Below are positions 27,116 through 38,789 of a stretch of 64,000 nt of DNA, one piece after another; the stretch's first letter is position 1, and each line of letters opens with the position of its first letter. The notes beneath the pieces are model-generated. The model did not search any database, had not been told where the DNA came from, and worked only from the letters and a program-made list of their open reading frames with translations. Made by a program: the position numbers and the translations under genes. Source of the DNA: an uncultured Actinomycetota bacterium (lineage in GTDB: Bacteria > Actinomycetota > Actinomycetes > JAFAQI01); NCBI GenBank assembly GCA_963770565.1, contig CAVYQE010000002.1, forward strand, positions 480,001 to 544,000, in the 5' to 3' direction.

Positions 27116-27759
27116 GGGTTCAGTCTCTCCACCACCCACTCGTCGTCGCTCAGCCGGTAACGCAGCCGGTCGTGCAGGCGGTCGTTGCGACCCTGCCAGA
27201 ACTCGACCGTCCACGGCCGGACCCGGTAGCCACCCCAGTGCGGTGGGCACGGCACGTCCGTCCCGTCGTACCGCGCCGCCAAATCGGCTACCCGCTGTTC
27301 GAGCTCGTCACGGCTGTCGAGGACCTGCGACTGCTCGCTGGCAGCGGCCGACAGTTGCGCGCCTCGCCCCCGGCTTGCGAAGTATGTCTCGGACTCGGAA
27401 CGGCTCGTCGGTACGGCGACACCACTCACGATCACCTGCCGGGCGATCTCGTGCCAGGGGAACAGCAACGAGACCCTCGGTTCGTGGGCAAGTGCCAACC
27501 CCTTGCGGGAGAGGTAGTTGGTGAAGAAGACGAAGCCGTCGTCGTCGGCGCCCTTGCACAGCACGGTCCGGCTGCTGGGAGTGCCGTCGGGATCGACGGT
27601 CGAGACGACCATGGCGTTGGCCTCGGACAGGCCGGCCGAGCGGGCCTCGGAAAGCCACCGCCGCCACAGCTCGATCGGCCGAGCCGGCAGGTCGCGGCGG
27701 GCCAGACCACGGGTGCGATTGTCCTGGCGGATCCGGGCCAGGTCGAGTGGTTCGCTCAC
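27112..27759 (-). CDS. pdxH: Pyridoxamine 5'-phosphate oxidase
   Basis: PSSRTVLCK, FFTNYLSRKG, PPHWGGY, EFWQGRNDRLHDR, RLNP. Confidence 0.97.
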   Translation of the reverse strand: MSEPLDLARIRQDNRTRGLARRDLPARPIELWRRWLSEARSAGLSEANAMVVSTVDPDGTPSSRTVLCKGADDDGFVFFTNYLSRKGLALAHEPRVSLLFPWHEIARQVIVSGVAVPTSRSESETYFASRGRGAQLSAAASEQSQVLDSRDELEQRVADLAARYDGTDVPCPPHWGGYRVRPWTVEFWQGRNDRLHDRLRYRLSDDEWVVERLNP

Positions 27760-27923
27760 CGCTTGACGTTCTCACGGACCCGATCTGAGCGCCCGCCGAG
27801 CGAACAGCTACCGGCGAGTAGCACAATGGACGCACGGCAGCGTCGCCGTCACGCCGATAACGCCACCCCGGTAGGCGCGCCGTCATCTCGCTCACAAGGC
27901 GAGGCACGAAGAGGAGTCCGCTC

Positions 27924-29051
27924 ATGGTCGACGAGCCGGTTTTCAAGCCAGGCCTGGAAGGCGTCATCGCCTTCGAAAGCGAGATCGCCGAACCGGATCG
28001 CGAGGGCTCCGCACTTCGCTATCGCGGCGTCGACATCGAAGAGCTCGTGGGCCGCGTCAGTTACGGCAACGTGTGGGGACTGCTGGTCGACGGCCGCTTC
28101 GCGCCCGGATTGCCGCCGGCCGAGCCATTCCCGGTCCCAGTCCACTCCGGTGACATCCGGGTCGACGTACAAAGCGCACTCGCGACCCTCGCCCCCGCCT
28201 GGGGCCTTCAGCAGCTGCTCGACATCGATGACGAACAGGCCCGCGACGACCTCGCCCGTTGCTCGGTGACCGCGATGTCCTTCGTCGCGCAGGCCGCTCG
28301 CGGTCTCGGCCAGCCGATGGTGCCGCAGAAGCGGATCGACGAGTGCGAGACCGTCGTCGAGCGGTTCATGGTGCGCTGGCGCGGCGAGCCGGACCCGGCG
28401 CACACGAAGGCGGCCGACGCCTACTTCGTCTCAGCGGCCGAGCACGGCATGAACGCCTCAACCTTCACCGCCCGCGTCATCGCCTCCACCGGTGCGGATG
28501 CCGCCGCCTGCCTGTCGGGTGCGGTCGGAGCGCTGTCGGGACCGTTGCACGGCGGCGCCCCCGCCCGAGTGTTGAAGATGCTCGACGAGGTCGCCGAGGA
28601 AGGCGACGCGCGTCGGTACGTCCGACGGCTGCTGGACTCGAAGCAACGGTTGATGGGATTCGGCCACCGGGTCTACCGCGCCGAGGACCCCCGCGCCCGG
28701 GTGCTGCGACGGACCGCGAAGCAGCTGCACGCGCCGCGGGTCGAGGTGGCCGAAGCGCTGGAGACCGCCGCGTTGGAGGAGCTCAAGGAGCGCTACCCGG
28801 ACCGCGTGCTCGCCACCAACGTGGAGTTCTGGTCGGCGGTCGTCCTCGATTTCGCCGAGGTGCCGGCGCACATGTTCACCTCGATGTTCACCTGCGCCCG
28901 GGTCGCCGGATGGAGTGCTCACATCCTCGAGCAGAAGCGCACCGGCCGCCTGATCCGCCCATCGGCAAAGTACGTCGGACCGGCGAACCGCCCGGTCGAA
29001 GCGGTGGAGGGCGCCGACCAGATCACGATCGGGCCCGCCACGGCCGACTGA
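27924..29051 (+). CDS. citA: Citrate synthase 2
   Basis: GLEGV, AEHGMNASTF, GPLHGGA, LMGFGHRVY, DPRA, TNVEFW. Confidence 0.95.
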   Translation: MVDEPVFKPGLEGVIAFESEIAEPDREGSALRYRGVDIEELVGRVSYGNVWGLLVDGRFAPGLPPAEPFPVPVHSGDIRVDVQSALATLAPAWGLQQLLDIDDEQARDDLARCSVTAMSFVAQAARGLGQPMVPQKRIDECETVVERFMVRWRGEPDPAHTKAADAYFVSAAEHGMNASTFTARVIASTGADAAACLSGAVGALSGPLHGGAPARVLKMLDEVAEEGDARRYVRRLLDSKQRLMGFGHRVYRAEDPRARVLRRTAKQLHAPRVEVAEALETAALEELKERYPDRVLATNVEFWSAVVLDFAEVPAHMFTSMFTCARVAGWSAHILEQKRTGRLIRPSAKYVGPANRPVEAVEGADQITIGPATAD

Positions 29052-29070
29052 CCGTCGCCGGCATGCTTAG

Positions 29071-30201
<1,131 letters not shown>

Positions 30202-30211
30202 GGGCGATGTC

Positions 30212-31807
30212 GTGCGCACGTTGACAGCTGCGGCTGCCGCGGGTCTGGTCGCGAGCGGGCTGGTATCCATCGCACCCGCACAAGCAGTTGCGGCGCACCG
30301 GGCCACCACGTTCGCCTCAACGATTCACTGGTCGACCTGCCCGAGTGCGGTCGAGCAACTGCCGAACGAGACGGTCCGCTGTGCAGCGCTCAAGGTGCCG
30401 ATGGACTACAGCGACCCGACCGGCACGCAGATCACCCTCGAGCTCTCGCTGGTGCGCCACACCTCGTCGGCGCAGAACTACCGCGGGGTGATGCTCTCGA
30501 ACCCCGGCGGCCCGGGTGGGATCGGCATCGACGACGGGCCCGAGCTCGCGCCGGACGTTCCGCATCACGTCGGTGCGGACTACGACTGGGTCAGCTGGGA
30601 TCCGCGCGGCGTCGGGACCAGCCGGCCGGCGATCCATTGCCAGAACACCTACTTCACCGCACCTCGCCGCAGCTACGTACCGACCACCAAGAGCTTGCTG
30701 CACTACTGGCTGAAGCGGGCGAAGTCCTACGCCGACGCATGCGAGCGGAAGTACCCCGAGTTGCTCGCCAACATGACCACGATCGACTCCGCGATGGACA
30801 TGAACTCGATCCGGCAGGCGCTCGGCGTCGCGCAGGTCAGCTACTACGGCTTCTCGTACGGGACCTACCTCGGCCAGGTGTTCTCGACGCTGTACCCGAC
30901 GCACCTGAAGTACATGGTCCTCGACAGCAACGTCGACCCGCGCCGGATCTGGTATCGCGCAAACCTCGAACAGGACCGGGCCTTCAACCGCAACATCAAC
31001 ATCTACTTCCGCTGGGTCGCAAAGCACGACCGCGTGTTCCACCTCGGCGCGACCGGGCACGCGGTATCGACGCGCTACTACGCGACCGTGGCGGCATTGA
31101 CCAAGCATCCCGACGGCAATCTCGGCCCCGATGAATGGTCCGACGCCTTCCTCGACACCGGCTACTTCACCTTCAACTGGATCGATGTGGCCAACGCCTG
31201 GCACGCGTTCGCGTTCCACGGCAAGACCGGCCCGATCCTCCAGCAGTATCGCTACGCCGACGGTCCGGGCAACGACAACGAATTCGCCGTCTACAACGCG
31301 GTCCAGTGCACCGACGTCCAATGGCCGACTGCGTGGAGTCGATGGAAGAAGGACAACGACGCGTACGCGAAGAAGTATCCGTTCTTCACCTGGGCGAACG
31401 CCTGGTTCAACGCGCCCTGTCTCTATTGGGGCGCAAAGGCCGGCAAACCGCTGACGATCAACGGCAACGCAACCAAGAGTGTGCTGCTGATCGACGAGAC
31501 CGACGATGCCGCCACGCCGTACCCGGGCAGCCTCGAGGTACGCCGGCTCTATCCGCACTCGAGCCTGATTGCCGAGCCCGGCGGCACCGCCCACGCCGAC
31601 TCGCTCAGCGGCAACGCCTGCGTCGACGACAAGATCGCGACGTACCTCGAGACCGGGCAGCGACCTTCGCGCAAGGACTGGAACGGCCCGGACGCGCTGT
31701 GCAAGCCGTTGCCCGATCCCACCCCAGTCCAGTTGATCATGGCGAAAAGCGCGAAGAAGTCGCCGAAAAGCGCGCGGTTCGCCATGATCAACAGCCGCGA
31801 GCGGTAG
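30212..31807 (+). CDS. Secreted alpha/beta-hydrolase, TAP-like tripeptidyl aminopeptidase
   Basis: Signal peptide; NPGGPG, DPRGVG, GFSYG nucleophile elbow, DAATP, C-terminal His. Confidence 0.9.
   Translation: MRTLTAAAAAGLVASGLVSIAPAQAVAAHRATTFASTIHWSTCPSAVEQLPNETVRCAALKVPMDYSDPTGTQITLELSLVRHTSSAQNYRGVMLSNPGGPGGIGIDDGPELAPDVPHHVGADYDWVSWDPRGVGTSRPAIHCQNTYFTAPRRSYVPTTKSLLHYWLKRAKSYADACERKYPELLANMTTIDSAMDMNSIRQALGVAQVSYYGFSYGTYLGQVFSTLYPTHLKYMVLDSNVDPRRIWYRANLEQDRAFNRNINIYFRWVAKHDRVFHLGATGHAVSTRYYATVAALTKHPDGNLGPDEWSDAFLDTGYFTFNWIDVANAWHAFAFHGKTGPILQQYRYADGPGNDNEFAVYNAVQCTDVQWPTAWSRWKKDNDAYAKKYPFFTWANAWFNAPCLYWGAKAGKPLTINGNATKSVLLIDETDDAATPYPGSLEVRRLYPHSSLIAEPGGTAHADSLSGNACVDDKIATYLETGQRPSRKDWNGPDALCKPLPDPTPVQLIMAKSAKKSPKSARFAMINSRER
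31732..31792. repeat. Family A element, copy A2 (inside the peptidase 3' end)
   Basis: GTTGATCATGGCGAA-N31-TTCGCCATGATCAAC. Confidence 0.93.
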
Positions 31808-31830
31808 GCACGGCACTAGGGTCGGGCGTC

Positions 31831-32607
31831 GTGCTGATCCTGTTGCCGCCGAGTGAAGGCAAGGCGCGCGGCGGTGACGGCCCGCCGGTCGACCTCGACG
31901 GGCTCTCCTGGCCTGAGCTGACCGCGACCCGGCAGCGCGTTGGCCGCACCCTCGTCACGATGTGCCAGGGCAACGTCGTACGGGCGCGTGCCCGGCTCGG
32001 CCTGTCGGAGGCGCTGGACGAGGATCGGGCTGCCAACGCCGAACTGTGGGACTCACCGACCATGGTCGCCGGGCGGCGCTACCGCGGCGTGCTTCACGAC
32101 GCGCTCGGATACTCGACGCTCACAAAGTCGGCGCGGCAGCGCGCCGACCGGTACGTCGTCGTCTTTTCCGGCCTGTGGGGAGCGACCCGGCCGACCGACT
32201 TGCTCCCGGCGTACCGGGTCGGAATCGGCACGCAGCTCCCGCGGCAGCCCACCCTTCCCGCGCTCTGGCGCAAGCCGCTGCACGACGCGCTCGACGACCT
32301 CGTTGCAACCACTGGCGCGATCGACCTCCGGTCATCGGGCTATACGCAGATGTACCGGCCGTCGGGCGGCGCCGCGCCCGAGCTGGTCGAAGTGAAGATC
32401 ACCGGTCCGGACGGCCGGCGGGCAGCCGCGAGTTATCAGAGCAAGGTCGCGAAGGGGCGGTTGGCCCGGGCGATGCTGCGGGCGGGCGAGCCGAGCATCG
32501 AGGCCCTGCTGGCAGCGGCCACCGCGATCGGGGTACTTGCCGACACCGACGGCGACGGCAGGGTAGTCGTGCGCCTGCCCGCCGGTTGGGGCCTGGTCGG
32601 CACCTGA
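31831..32607 (+). CDS. yaaA: Peroxide stress protein YaaA (DUF328)
   Basis: MLILLPPSEGK, RYRGVLHDAL, SGLWG, DLRS, SKVAKGRLAR; TAGGGT 7 nt before GTG. Confidence 0.92.
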   Translation: MLILLPPSEGKARGGDGPPVDLDGLSWPELTATRQRVGRTLVTMCQGNVVRARARLGLSEALDEDRAANAELWDSPTMVAGRRYRGVLHDALGYSTLTKSARQRADRYVVVFSGLWGATRPTDLLPAYRVGIGTQLPRQPTLPALWRKPLHDALDDLVATTGAIDLRSSGYTQMYRPSGGAAPELVEVKITGPDGRRAAASYQSKVAKGRLARAMLRAGEPSIEALLAAATAIGVLADTDGDGRVVVRLPAGWGLVGT

Positions 32608-32614
32608 GCAACGA

Positions 32615-32989
32615 TCAGGCGTCGAGGATGAAGTACACCTTGCGCAACCGCTCGTGAACCGTCCATTTCGTCGGTGACCCTGGCGCAAAGCGAAGCACTG
32701 ATCCGGGTCGCAGCTCGACCTCGCGTCCGTCGGCGAACCCGACCGTCGCATGCCCGGAGAGTACGACGAGCACCTCGTGCATCTCGACGTCATGCGTCAC
32801 GCCAGGGGCAATCTCCCAGACGCCGATCTCGGTGAGCCGCTCAGCGGTTTCGTGCAGCGGGGCGGTGCCAGCGGTCGTCGCAACGTCGTCGGGATGCTCA
32901 ATCGCTAGCGGCTCGTGATCAACGGTCAGCGCGGCGGCGTCAACGACCTCGTTCGCCGGCAACATCGGCACACTCTCAGCTGGCGACAC
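32615..32989 (-). CDS. Cupin (DUF861/EutQ-like)
   Basis: EIGVWEIAPG, HEVLVVLSG, ELRPG, WTVHERLRKVY. Confidence 0.87.
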   Translation of the reverse strand: MSPAESVPMLPANEVVDAAALTVDHEPLAIEHPDDVATTAGTAPLHETAERLTEIGVWEIAPGVTHDVEMHEVLVVLSGHATVGFADGREVELRPGSVLRFAPGSPTKWTVHERLRKVYFILDA

Positions 32990-33069
32990 GCATCCCCCAC
33001 CGTTGTTTCAGTCGAGCAAAGTGCAAGAACCCTAGCCGGTATGGTCGGCGAGGTGAGCCGGAGCCGGTC

Positions 33070-33267
33070 GTGACCCGTGAGCGCGAAGAAGACCTCGCCG
33101 CGATCAGCGGCCTGGTCCTCTGGGCGATCGCCCTGGTGCTGCTTGCGACCGTCTTCCGGCACGACCTGCAGCGCCACCACGCGACCTGGTGGCTGTGGTC
33201 GTGCGGCCTCGCCCTACTTGTCGGTCTCTATGGCCTGAACTTCACCCGGCGCCGGCGTCGCGGCTGA
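33070..33267 (+). CDS. DUF2530 family small membrane protein
   Basis: GLVLWAIALV...WWLWSCGL...GLYGL...RRRR in its usual position near DUF3027. Confidence 0.75.
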   Translation: MTREREEDLAAISGLVLWAIALVLLATVFRHDLQRHHATWWLWSCGLALLVGLYGLNFTRRRRRG

Positions 33268-33579
33268 GTCGGTCTCGCGCTGCCGCGCGACCGCACGGTT
33301 GTAACGCCGGCCGACCAGCCGGAGCTGCACAATCCGCCCGACCCCGACGAGCAGGACCACGAGGGCGCCGGCAACGGCGGCGGCAAGCAGCGCGAGCGCC
33401 TCGGAGATCTGACCGGACGCACCGAGATAGTGCACCTGCACCTTTCGGTCGTTCTGCGCGATGAAGATGATCAGCAGGACCAGGAAGACGATCGCGACCG
33501 CTAGGGCAACCCAGGTCGAGCTCGTCCGGGTGCGCTCGGCTCGCACCGGGCCCTTGTTACGTCGTGCCATTGCCGTCAC
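33214..33579 (-). CDS. LapA-domain (DUF1049) membrane protein
   Basis: RTRTSSTW...LLIIFIAQN...VHYL...LLAAVAGAL...RIVQLR. Confidence 0.85.
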   Translation of the reverse strand: MTAMARRNKGPVRAERTRTSSTWVALAVAIVFLVLLIIFIAQNDRKVQVHYLGASGQISEALALLAAAVAGALVVLLVGVGRIVQLRLVGRRYNRAVARQRETDSAATPAPGEVQAIETDK

Positions 33580-36491
33580 TCCTCGTCATCATCCAGATCA
33601 TCCTCGTCATCAAGCGGAATGCCCATAGCGGGCTCGATCAACTCCTCGGTACGCCGATGCCGCTGGGCCCAGTGCCCGTCGCGCCACGCCCGACCCCGCC
33701 CGAGGCCCAATGCCAACTGCCGGGCATTGACATGCAGCGTGTCACCGGCAAGCCGCCACGCGACCTCCCGCGGCACGCCGTCGACGTCGGCGACCTGTAG
33801 GCCGTCATGGACCACGGCGTCGTCGACCTCGGTCCCAGCCGAAAGCACCGGGAACGCCGAAAGCTCGGTCGCGACCGGCACATGGAGGCGACCAGCGAGC
33901 GCCGACGCACGACCGGCCGCAACCGGCACGATCGACCAATCGCCGAGCAACCCGAGCAGGTCCGGCGCGTCGACGATGACCGCCGTGTGTGCTTCGACGA
34001 CTGCCAACCGCCCGGCCCGGATCGCCCGGACCGCCGCCGGCGGCTCGAAGAGCTGCTCCGAGAGCCACCCATCGATAGCGCGCAGCTGTGCCCGGCTGAC
34101 CCCGCGAGCCGGGTCGGCCAACCGAGCCAGCACGTCGTCGGGATCGACGTCGCGGAGCGACTCGGCCACACCGAGCGCGCGCAGGAACTCCTCGTCGTAG
34201 CCCGCGGGCGCGACGTCGTACAGGCCGTCGAGGACCGGATCGCCGCTCGCCAGCCGCAGCTCGCCCGGTACCTGGCCGGACAGCACCGGCTCGGACGACA
34301 GCCACCAGGCGGTGTAGGAGGCCACCCGTAGCCGATCGCCATCGGCCAGGCTGACCAACGCCGGTGACACGACCGCAGCCCGCATAGGCGGCTCAGCCAG
34401 CAGGGCGAGGAGCTCCGGCAGCGCGTCGGTCCGCACCTGCTCGAGGTCGCGAACCGCGACGAAGTCCTGCACGGCCGCCCCAGCCGGCAGCCCCGCCCAC
34501 CATGACGACTCGCCGTCGAGCTCGTGGGTCGGGCCGGTCGCGTCCTCGTCCCGGACCACGGCCGGCCGGTCGAGCACCCCCACCGCATCGAGGGTGGCCG
34601 CACCCCAGCGATCGACCCACGACGCAGACACGACGCCGAAGGGCGTGTCGTCCGCCACCAGTGCCGCCATCCGGCCGCCGGGCAGCAACAACTCCCCCGC
34701 CGGCCGCCACTCACCCGCGGCATCGGGAATCGCCAGGTCGGCCAGCCATGGCAACTCGTCGACGTTTGTGTCGGCCGCGGCCACCAGCGACAGCACCGCG
34801 ACGGCGACCGGTTCGGGATCGTCATCGTCGTACGACGCCTCGACCGCGGCCTGGACGTGGGGCTGCTCCAGCAGGCCGCGCGGGGTGCCGTCGCCCGCCC
34901 CGAGCGTGCGCAAGAGCTCGTGTGCCGCGGCCGGGTGTACGACCCGGATCCCGATCGCGGACAAGTCCACGGCCGGTGTCGAGTCGCTCGGGATCACCAG
35001 CCCGCGCGGTCCGGTCACCAGCCTGCCGTCGGCGAGTGGCACCGGCAGCGCGCCGAGTGCGTCCCGCTCAAGGCCGGGCGGCACCGCGACGTCGAGTGCG
35101 GCATAGAGCGCGCCCCACCAGGCCGGCTCGGCATCGACCGCGCCGACCGCCTGCACCAGCTCAGCCACAGACGGCCGCCGGACTCCCAACGCGGTCAGCT
35201 CCGGCCCGGCCCAGCCAGCCGGCAGCAACGACGGCACCACCTCGCGCAGCACCTCGACGAGCGGACCGGCGACGACCACCGCATCCCGCGGGCGTTGCCG
35301 GACCTCGGGATCCGCGGCGGCCGGTAGCCACGCGGTTTCGCGCAGCCGATCGAGCAGAGCGACGTGCAGGGCGCCGTCGATCGCGCCATCAGGGAAGCCG
35401 GTCGGCACCAGCCGGAGTTCCGAGGGGTCGGCCGGGCGCTCGGCCAACCCGGTTGCCAGCACCCGCGCCGCCTGAGCGGTGACCGCATCCGCGAGCGCCC
35501 CTGACGTGACCCGCCGACGCGTCGAGTCGAGCGGGTACGACGCGATCAGCACCGCGGGCAGGGTCAACGCGTCGTCGGTCGCGGTCGGCGCGCGAATCGC
35601 TCGCACCACCGAGCCCGGCAGCTCGACGAGCCGGTCCTCGGCGTCGACCGGCAGGGCCCAGGTCAGCTGCCAGCGGTCGAGTCCGCGTTCCTCGTGTGGG
35701 CGCTCGGCGAGCAGCTCCGGATCGAGCTCGCCGCTCTCGGTGATCACTGCCCAGCGGCTCGACTGCTCGCCGTCCTGCACGACCACGTGGTCGGCGTACC
35801 GCTCGGCCCGAAGCGCTCGCTCAATGCCGTCAAGCCGGACGACGACCTCCGAGAGGCCCGGCAAGGTCAGCAGCAGGGTCGCGTCGAGGGCATCGAGCTG
35901 CGCCCGGACGGCTGCCACCGCATCTGCGTCGCGAAGCGGCAGCACCACCGCCGTCACGCCGTCGTTCACGGCCACCTGAGGCGCATCGAACGGCAAGCGC
36001 AGCACCGGCACGCGATCGCCGCGCGCGGTGAGTTCGCCGGCCAACGCGGGAATGCCGGCGACCGCGGCACGCGCCCCGGAGCGCGACCACCGCACCGCGC
36101 CGCCCGTCGACGCGATCGCCGGCTCGTCGGTGACGGCGAGCACCGCGGCGAAGCCGACTCCGAACCGACCGACCGAGTCGGGTTGGTCGACCTTCGCCGA
36201 CGCCCGCGCGACCGAGATCGACTCGACCCCCGCCGGGTCGAGCGGAGCACCGGTGTTGGTCGCCGTCAGCACGTCACCGGCCAGCTCGACGACCAGGCGG
36301 CCAGGGACGCCGGCGCGGGTCGCCGCGTCGGCGGCGTTCTGAGCCAGCTCGACGACGACCCGGTCGCGATATCCGACCAGCGCGAGGTCGTCCTCGACGT
36401 TGGCATCCGCCCGGAGCCGCGCGGGTGACTCCTGCCACGCCGCCAGCACGCGGCGGCGAAGCTCCGCGGTGCCGAACGGGTCGCCCGTCAC
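33576..36491 (-). CDS. Sacsin-N-terminal-like GHKL ATPase, 971 aa
   Basis: GYRDRVVVELAQNAADA (N-box), NTGAPL, RASAK, VGRFGVGFAAV (G-box), LLLTLPGL. Confidence 0.85.
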   Translation of the reverse strand: MTGDPFGTAELRRRVLAAWQESPARLRADANVEDDLALVGYRDRVVVELAQNAADAATRAGVPGRLVVELAGDVLTATNTGAPLDPAGVESISVARASAKVDQPDSVGRFGVGFAAVLAVTDEPAIASTGGAVRWSRSGARAAVAGIPALAGELTARGDRVPVLRLPFDAPQVAVNDGVTAVVLPLRDADAVAAVRAQLDALDATLLLTLPGLSEVVVRLDGIERALRAERYADHVVVQDGEQSSRWAVITESGELDPELLAERPHEERGLDRWQLTWALPVDAEDRLVELPGSVVRAIRAPTATDDALTLPAVLIASYPLDSTRRRVTSGALADAVTAQAARVLATGLAERPADPSELRLVPTGFPDGAIDGALHVALLDRLRETAWLPAAADPEVRQRPRDAVVVAGPLVEVLREVVPSLLPAGWAGPELTALGVRRPSVAELVQAVGAVDAEPAWWGALYAALDVAVPPGLERDALGALPVPLADGRLVTGPRGLVIPSDSTPAVDLSAIGIRVVHPAAAHELLRTLGAGDGTPRGLLEQPHVQAAVEASYDDDDPEPVAVAVLSLVAAADTNVDELPWLADLAIPDAAGEWRPAGELLLPGGRMAALVADDTPFGVVSASWVDRWGAATLDAVGVLDRPAVVRDEDATGPTHELDGESSWWAGLPAGAAVQDFVAVRDLEQVRTDALPELLALLAEPPMRAAVVSPALVSLADGDRLRVASYTAWWLSSEPVLSGQVPGELRLASGDPVLDGLYDVAPAGYDEEFLRALGVAESLRDVDPDDVLARLADPARGVSRAQLRAIDGWLSEQLFEPPAAVRAIRAGRLAVVEAHTAVIVDAPDLLGLLGDWSIVPVAAGRASALAGRLHVPVATELSAFPVLSAGTEVDDAVVHDGLQVADVDGVPREVAWRLAGDTLHVNARQLALGLGRGRAWRDGHWAQRHRRTEELIEPAMGIPLDDEDDLDDDEE

Positions 36492-36505
36492 CTCAGCGGT
36501 CGGGC

Positions 36506-37366
36506 TCAGGAGTGGCCGAGCGGCTCAGCGACCTCGGCGTCGCTGACCGAGCCGGGCTCGTGCCCGACCGGACCGCCGACGATGTCGTAGCCGGGGCCCT
36601 CTTCCGACAACGCAGCCGGCGAAGGGCCGGCCGGAAGCACGACCGCCTGCGAGTGCGCACCGCACCCGTGATCGACCGCGACGACCCGACCGTCGTCCGG
36701 GGCGAACTCGTTGGCACATGCCCCGAACGCCTGCTGGAGCGCGCCGGACAGCGGAACGTAGAAGCCGCAGGTCGCACACGATGCCGGCGCGGCCCGCGCC
36801 ATGCTCGACTGCGGACCGGCCTCGCCGTCGTACCAGCGTTCGACCGCCTCGACCCGCCCCTCGTAGGACAGGACGCGCTCGCGACCGAGGCCGAACTCGT
36901 AGGCGACCTCGCGCTCCTCGTCGTCGTCGGTCATGAAGAACGCCGGGGCCAGCCGCGGGTCGTCGGCCGCGGTCGGGAGCAGGTCGCCGACCCCGAGGTC
37001 GCCGGGGCGCAGGCGCTCGCTCCACGGCACCCACTCGGGCGTGAGCAGGGCATCGGATCCCGGCAACAGGACCACGTCGTCGACCGTCACCGACTTCGAC
37101 CGCGAAGCCCGTACGACCGTGACCGCCCAACACCATCCGCGGTACGCCGGGTCGAGGGTGGCGAACAGGTGTGTGACGACCCGCGCGTCGTCGACGCTGA
37201 TGCCGACGTGGTCGCCGACCAGGCCGGGCGCATCGTGCTCGGCGGCCGCGCGGGCCACGTCGATCGCGGCCGCGGCGATCTCATCGGGCGCCGATCCGGA
37301 TTGACCGGTGGCAACGACCTCGTCGACCACCGGCTCGAGCAGGGATGGCGCGTCGGCAGTCGTCAC
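36506..37366 (-). CDS. DUF3027 family protein
   Basis: YRGWCWAVTV, WVPWSERLRPGDLGVGDLL, GLGRERVLS, CATCGF...GACAN...DGRVVAVDHGCGAHS. Confidence 0.92.
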   Translation of the reverse strand: MTTADAPSLLEPVVDEVVATGQSGSAPDEIAAAAIDVARAAAEHDAPGLVGDHVGISVDDARVVTHLFATLDPAYRGWCWAVTVVRASRSKSVTVDDVVLLPGSDALLTPEWVPWSERLRPGDLGVGDLLPTAADDPRLAPAFFMTDDDEEREVAYEFGLGRERVLSYEGRVEAVERWYDGEAGPQSSMARAAPASCATCGFYVPLSGALQQAFGACANEFAPDDGRVVAVDHGCGAHSQAVVLPAGPSPAALSEEGPGYDIVGGPVGHEPGSVSDAEVAEPLGHS

Positions 37367-37382
37367 ATGATTAGTGTCGCTC

Positions 37383-38789
37383 ATGGACCCCGGTCACGAC
37401 GAACCAGCGCTGCAGAGCGAGCGTGCAGCCGCCGGGTGGCCGCGGCGGCTGCTCGTCAGTGTGGGACACGCGCTGCGCGGCGGGGCCCGCCGAGTGCGCC
37501 AGTGGAATCGCAGTGCCGGCGCGGGCGCGTCCGGGCTGGCCGCCCTCGTCGAGACGCACTCCCTGCAGTCCGCCGGCGACGCCACGGTGGCGGTGGCTCT
37601 GGCCGGGTCGCTGTTCTTCTCGGTGCCGACCCACGAGGCTCGCAGTCGGGTCGCGCTCTACCTGCTCATCACGATGGTGCCGTTCGCCGTCGTCGCGCCC
37701 GTGCTCGGGCCGGCCCTCGACCGGTTCCGCCGCGGCCGCCGGATCGCACTCGCCGTCACCATGGCGGCTCGGGCGGTGCTGGCGCTGGCGATCGGGCACA
37801 GCCTCGCGCATCACCCGAGCGTCGCGCAGACGCTGACGCTCTACCCGGCGGCGCTCGGGGTGCTGGTCGCGAGCAAGGCGTACGGGATTGCGCGCAGCGC
37901 CGCCGTACCCCGATTGGTACCGGCCGGCATGACCCTGGTGCAGGCAAACGCACGGCTGACCCTGGCCGGCGTGATCGCGCCCGCCGTCGCCGGCACACTC
38001 GCGGTCGCCGTGCTGAAGGCGCTCGGCCATCGCACCGAGCTGCTGCTCGGCGCGGCCGTGTACGTGCTGGCGGCGCTGTCGACGATGCGCTTGCCTGCGA
38101 CCGCCGACGGCGATCCGGAGACGGCGGCCGCACCGATGTCGACCGGCGGCCTGGTCCGGCTCGGCAAGCTGGGGAGCGACGTCCAGCACGCGCTGCAGAC
38201 CGCCGCGGCGATGCGCTGGCTGTCCGGATTCATGTTGCTCTTCGGCGCTTTTCTGGTCCGGATCCATCCGGTGGGCGGCTTGTCGGCCAACGTCTGCCTC
38301 GCCGCGCTCGCGGTCGGCATCGGCCTCGGCAACCTGCTCGGGACGATCTTGGGACCGCGTACGGCGACCGTTGCCGCCAACCGGCTCGCGGTCGTCCTGC
38401 TCGCCGCGACGACCGCCGCGTGTGTGGTGACGATCTTCGACTTCGGGCTGTTCACGGTCTTTGCGCTCGCTCTCATCGCGGCTGCGGCTGCGGCGGTGTC
38501 GAAGCTGGCTCTCGACGCAACCATCCAGCGCCGGATCGACGACGAGGTGCGAACGTCGATGTTCGCGCGCTCCGAAACGACGCTCCAGCTGTCCTGGGTG
38601 GTCGGCGGCGCGGTCGGCATCCTGCTGCCGACCAACGCGGTCCTCGGATTCACCGTTGCCGCAGCGGTGCTTGGTGCCGCCCTGGCGGTCGTGCTCGGAT
38701 ACCGGCCGAAGCGCAGACCCCACCCGGGTCCACCGGATCCGCAGAACCCACCGGGCCCGCGGAGCGCGCCGCCGATCGAGGCAGGTTAG
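37383..38789 (+). CDS. MFS-like membrane protein of the DUF3027 locus
   Basis: [48 protein letters not shown]. Confidence 0.88.
   Translation: MDPGHDEPALQSERAAAGWPRRLLVSVGHALRGGARRVRQWNRSAGAGASGLAALVETHSLQSAGDATVAVALAGSLFFSVPTHEARSRVALYLLITMVPFAVVAPVLGPALDRFRRGRRIALAVTMAARAVLALAIGHSLAHHPSVAQTLTLYPAALGVLVASKAYGIARSAAVPRLVPAGMTLVQANARLTLAGVIAPAVAGTLAVAVLKALGHRTELLLGAAVYVLAALSTMRLPATADGDPETAAAPMSTGGLVRLGKLGSDVQHALQTAAAMRWLSGFMLLFGAFLVRIHPVGGLSANVCLAALAVGIGLGNLLGTILGPRTATVAANRLAVVLLAATTAACVVTIFDFGLFTVFALALIAAAAAAVSKLALDATIQRRIDDEVRTSMFARSETTLQLSWVVGGAVGILLPTNAVLGFTVAAAVLGAALAVVLGYRPKRRPHPGPPDPQNPPGPRSAPPIEAG

Noticed and set aside
33214-33267. 54-bp convergent overlap of DUF2530 and LapA genes as antisense regulation
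   Set aside because: Short 3' overlaps are common in compact high-GC genomes; nothing else supports a function.
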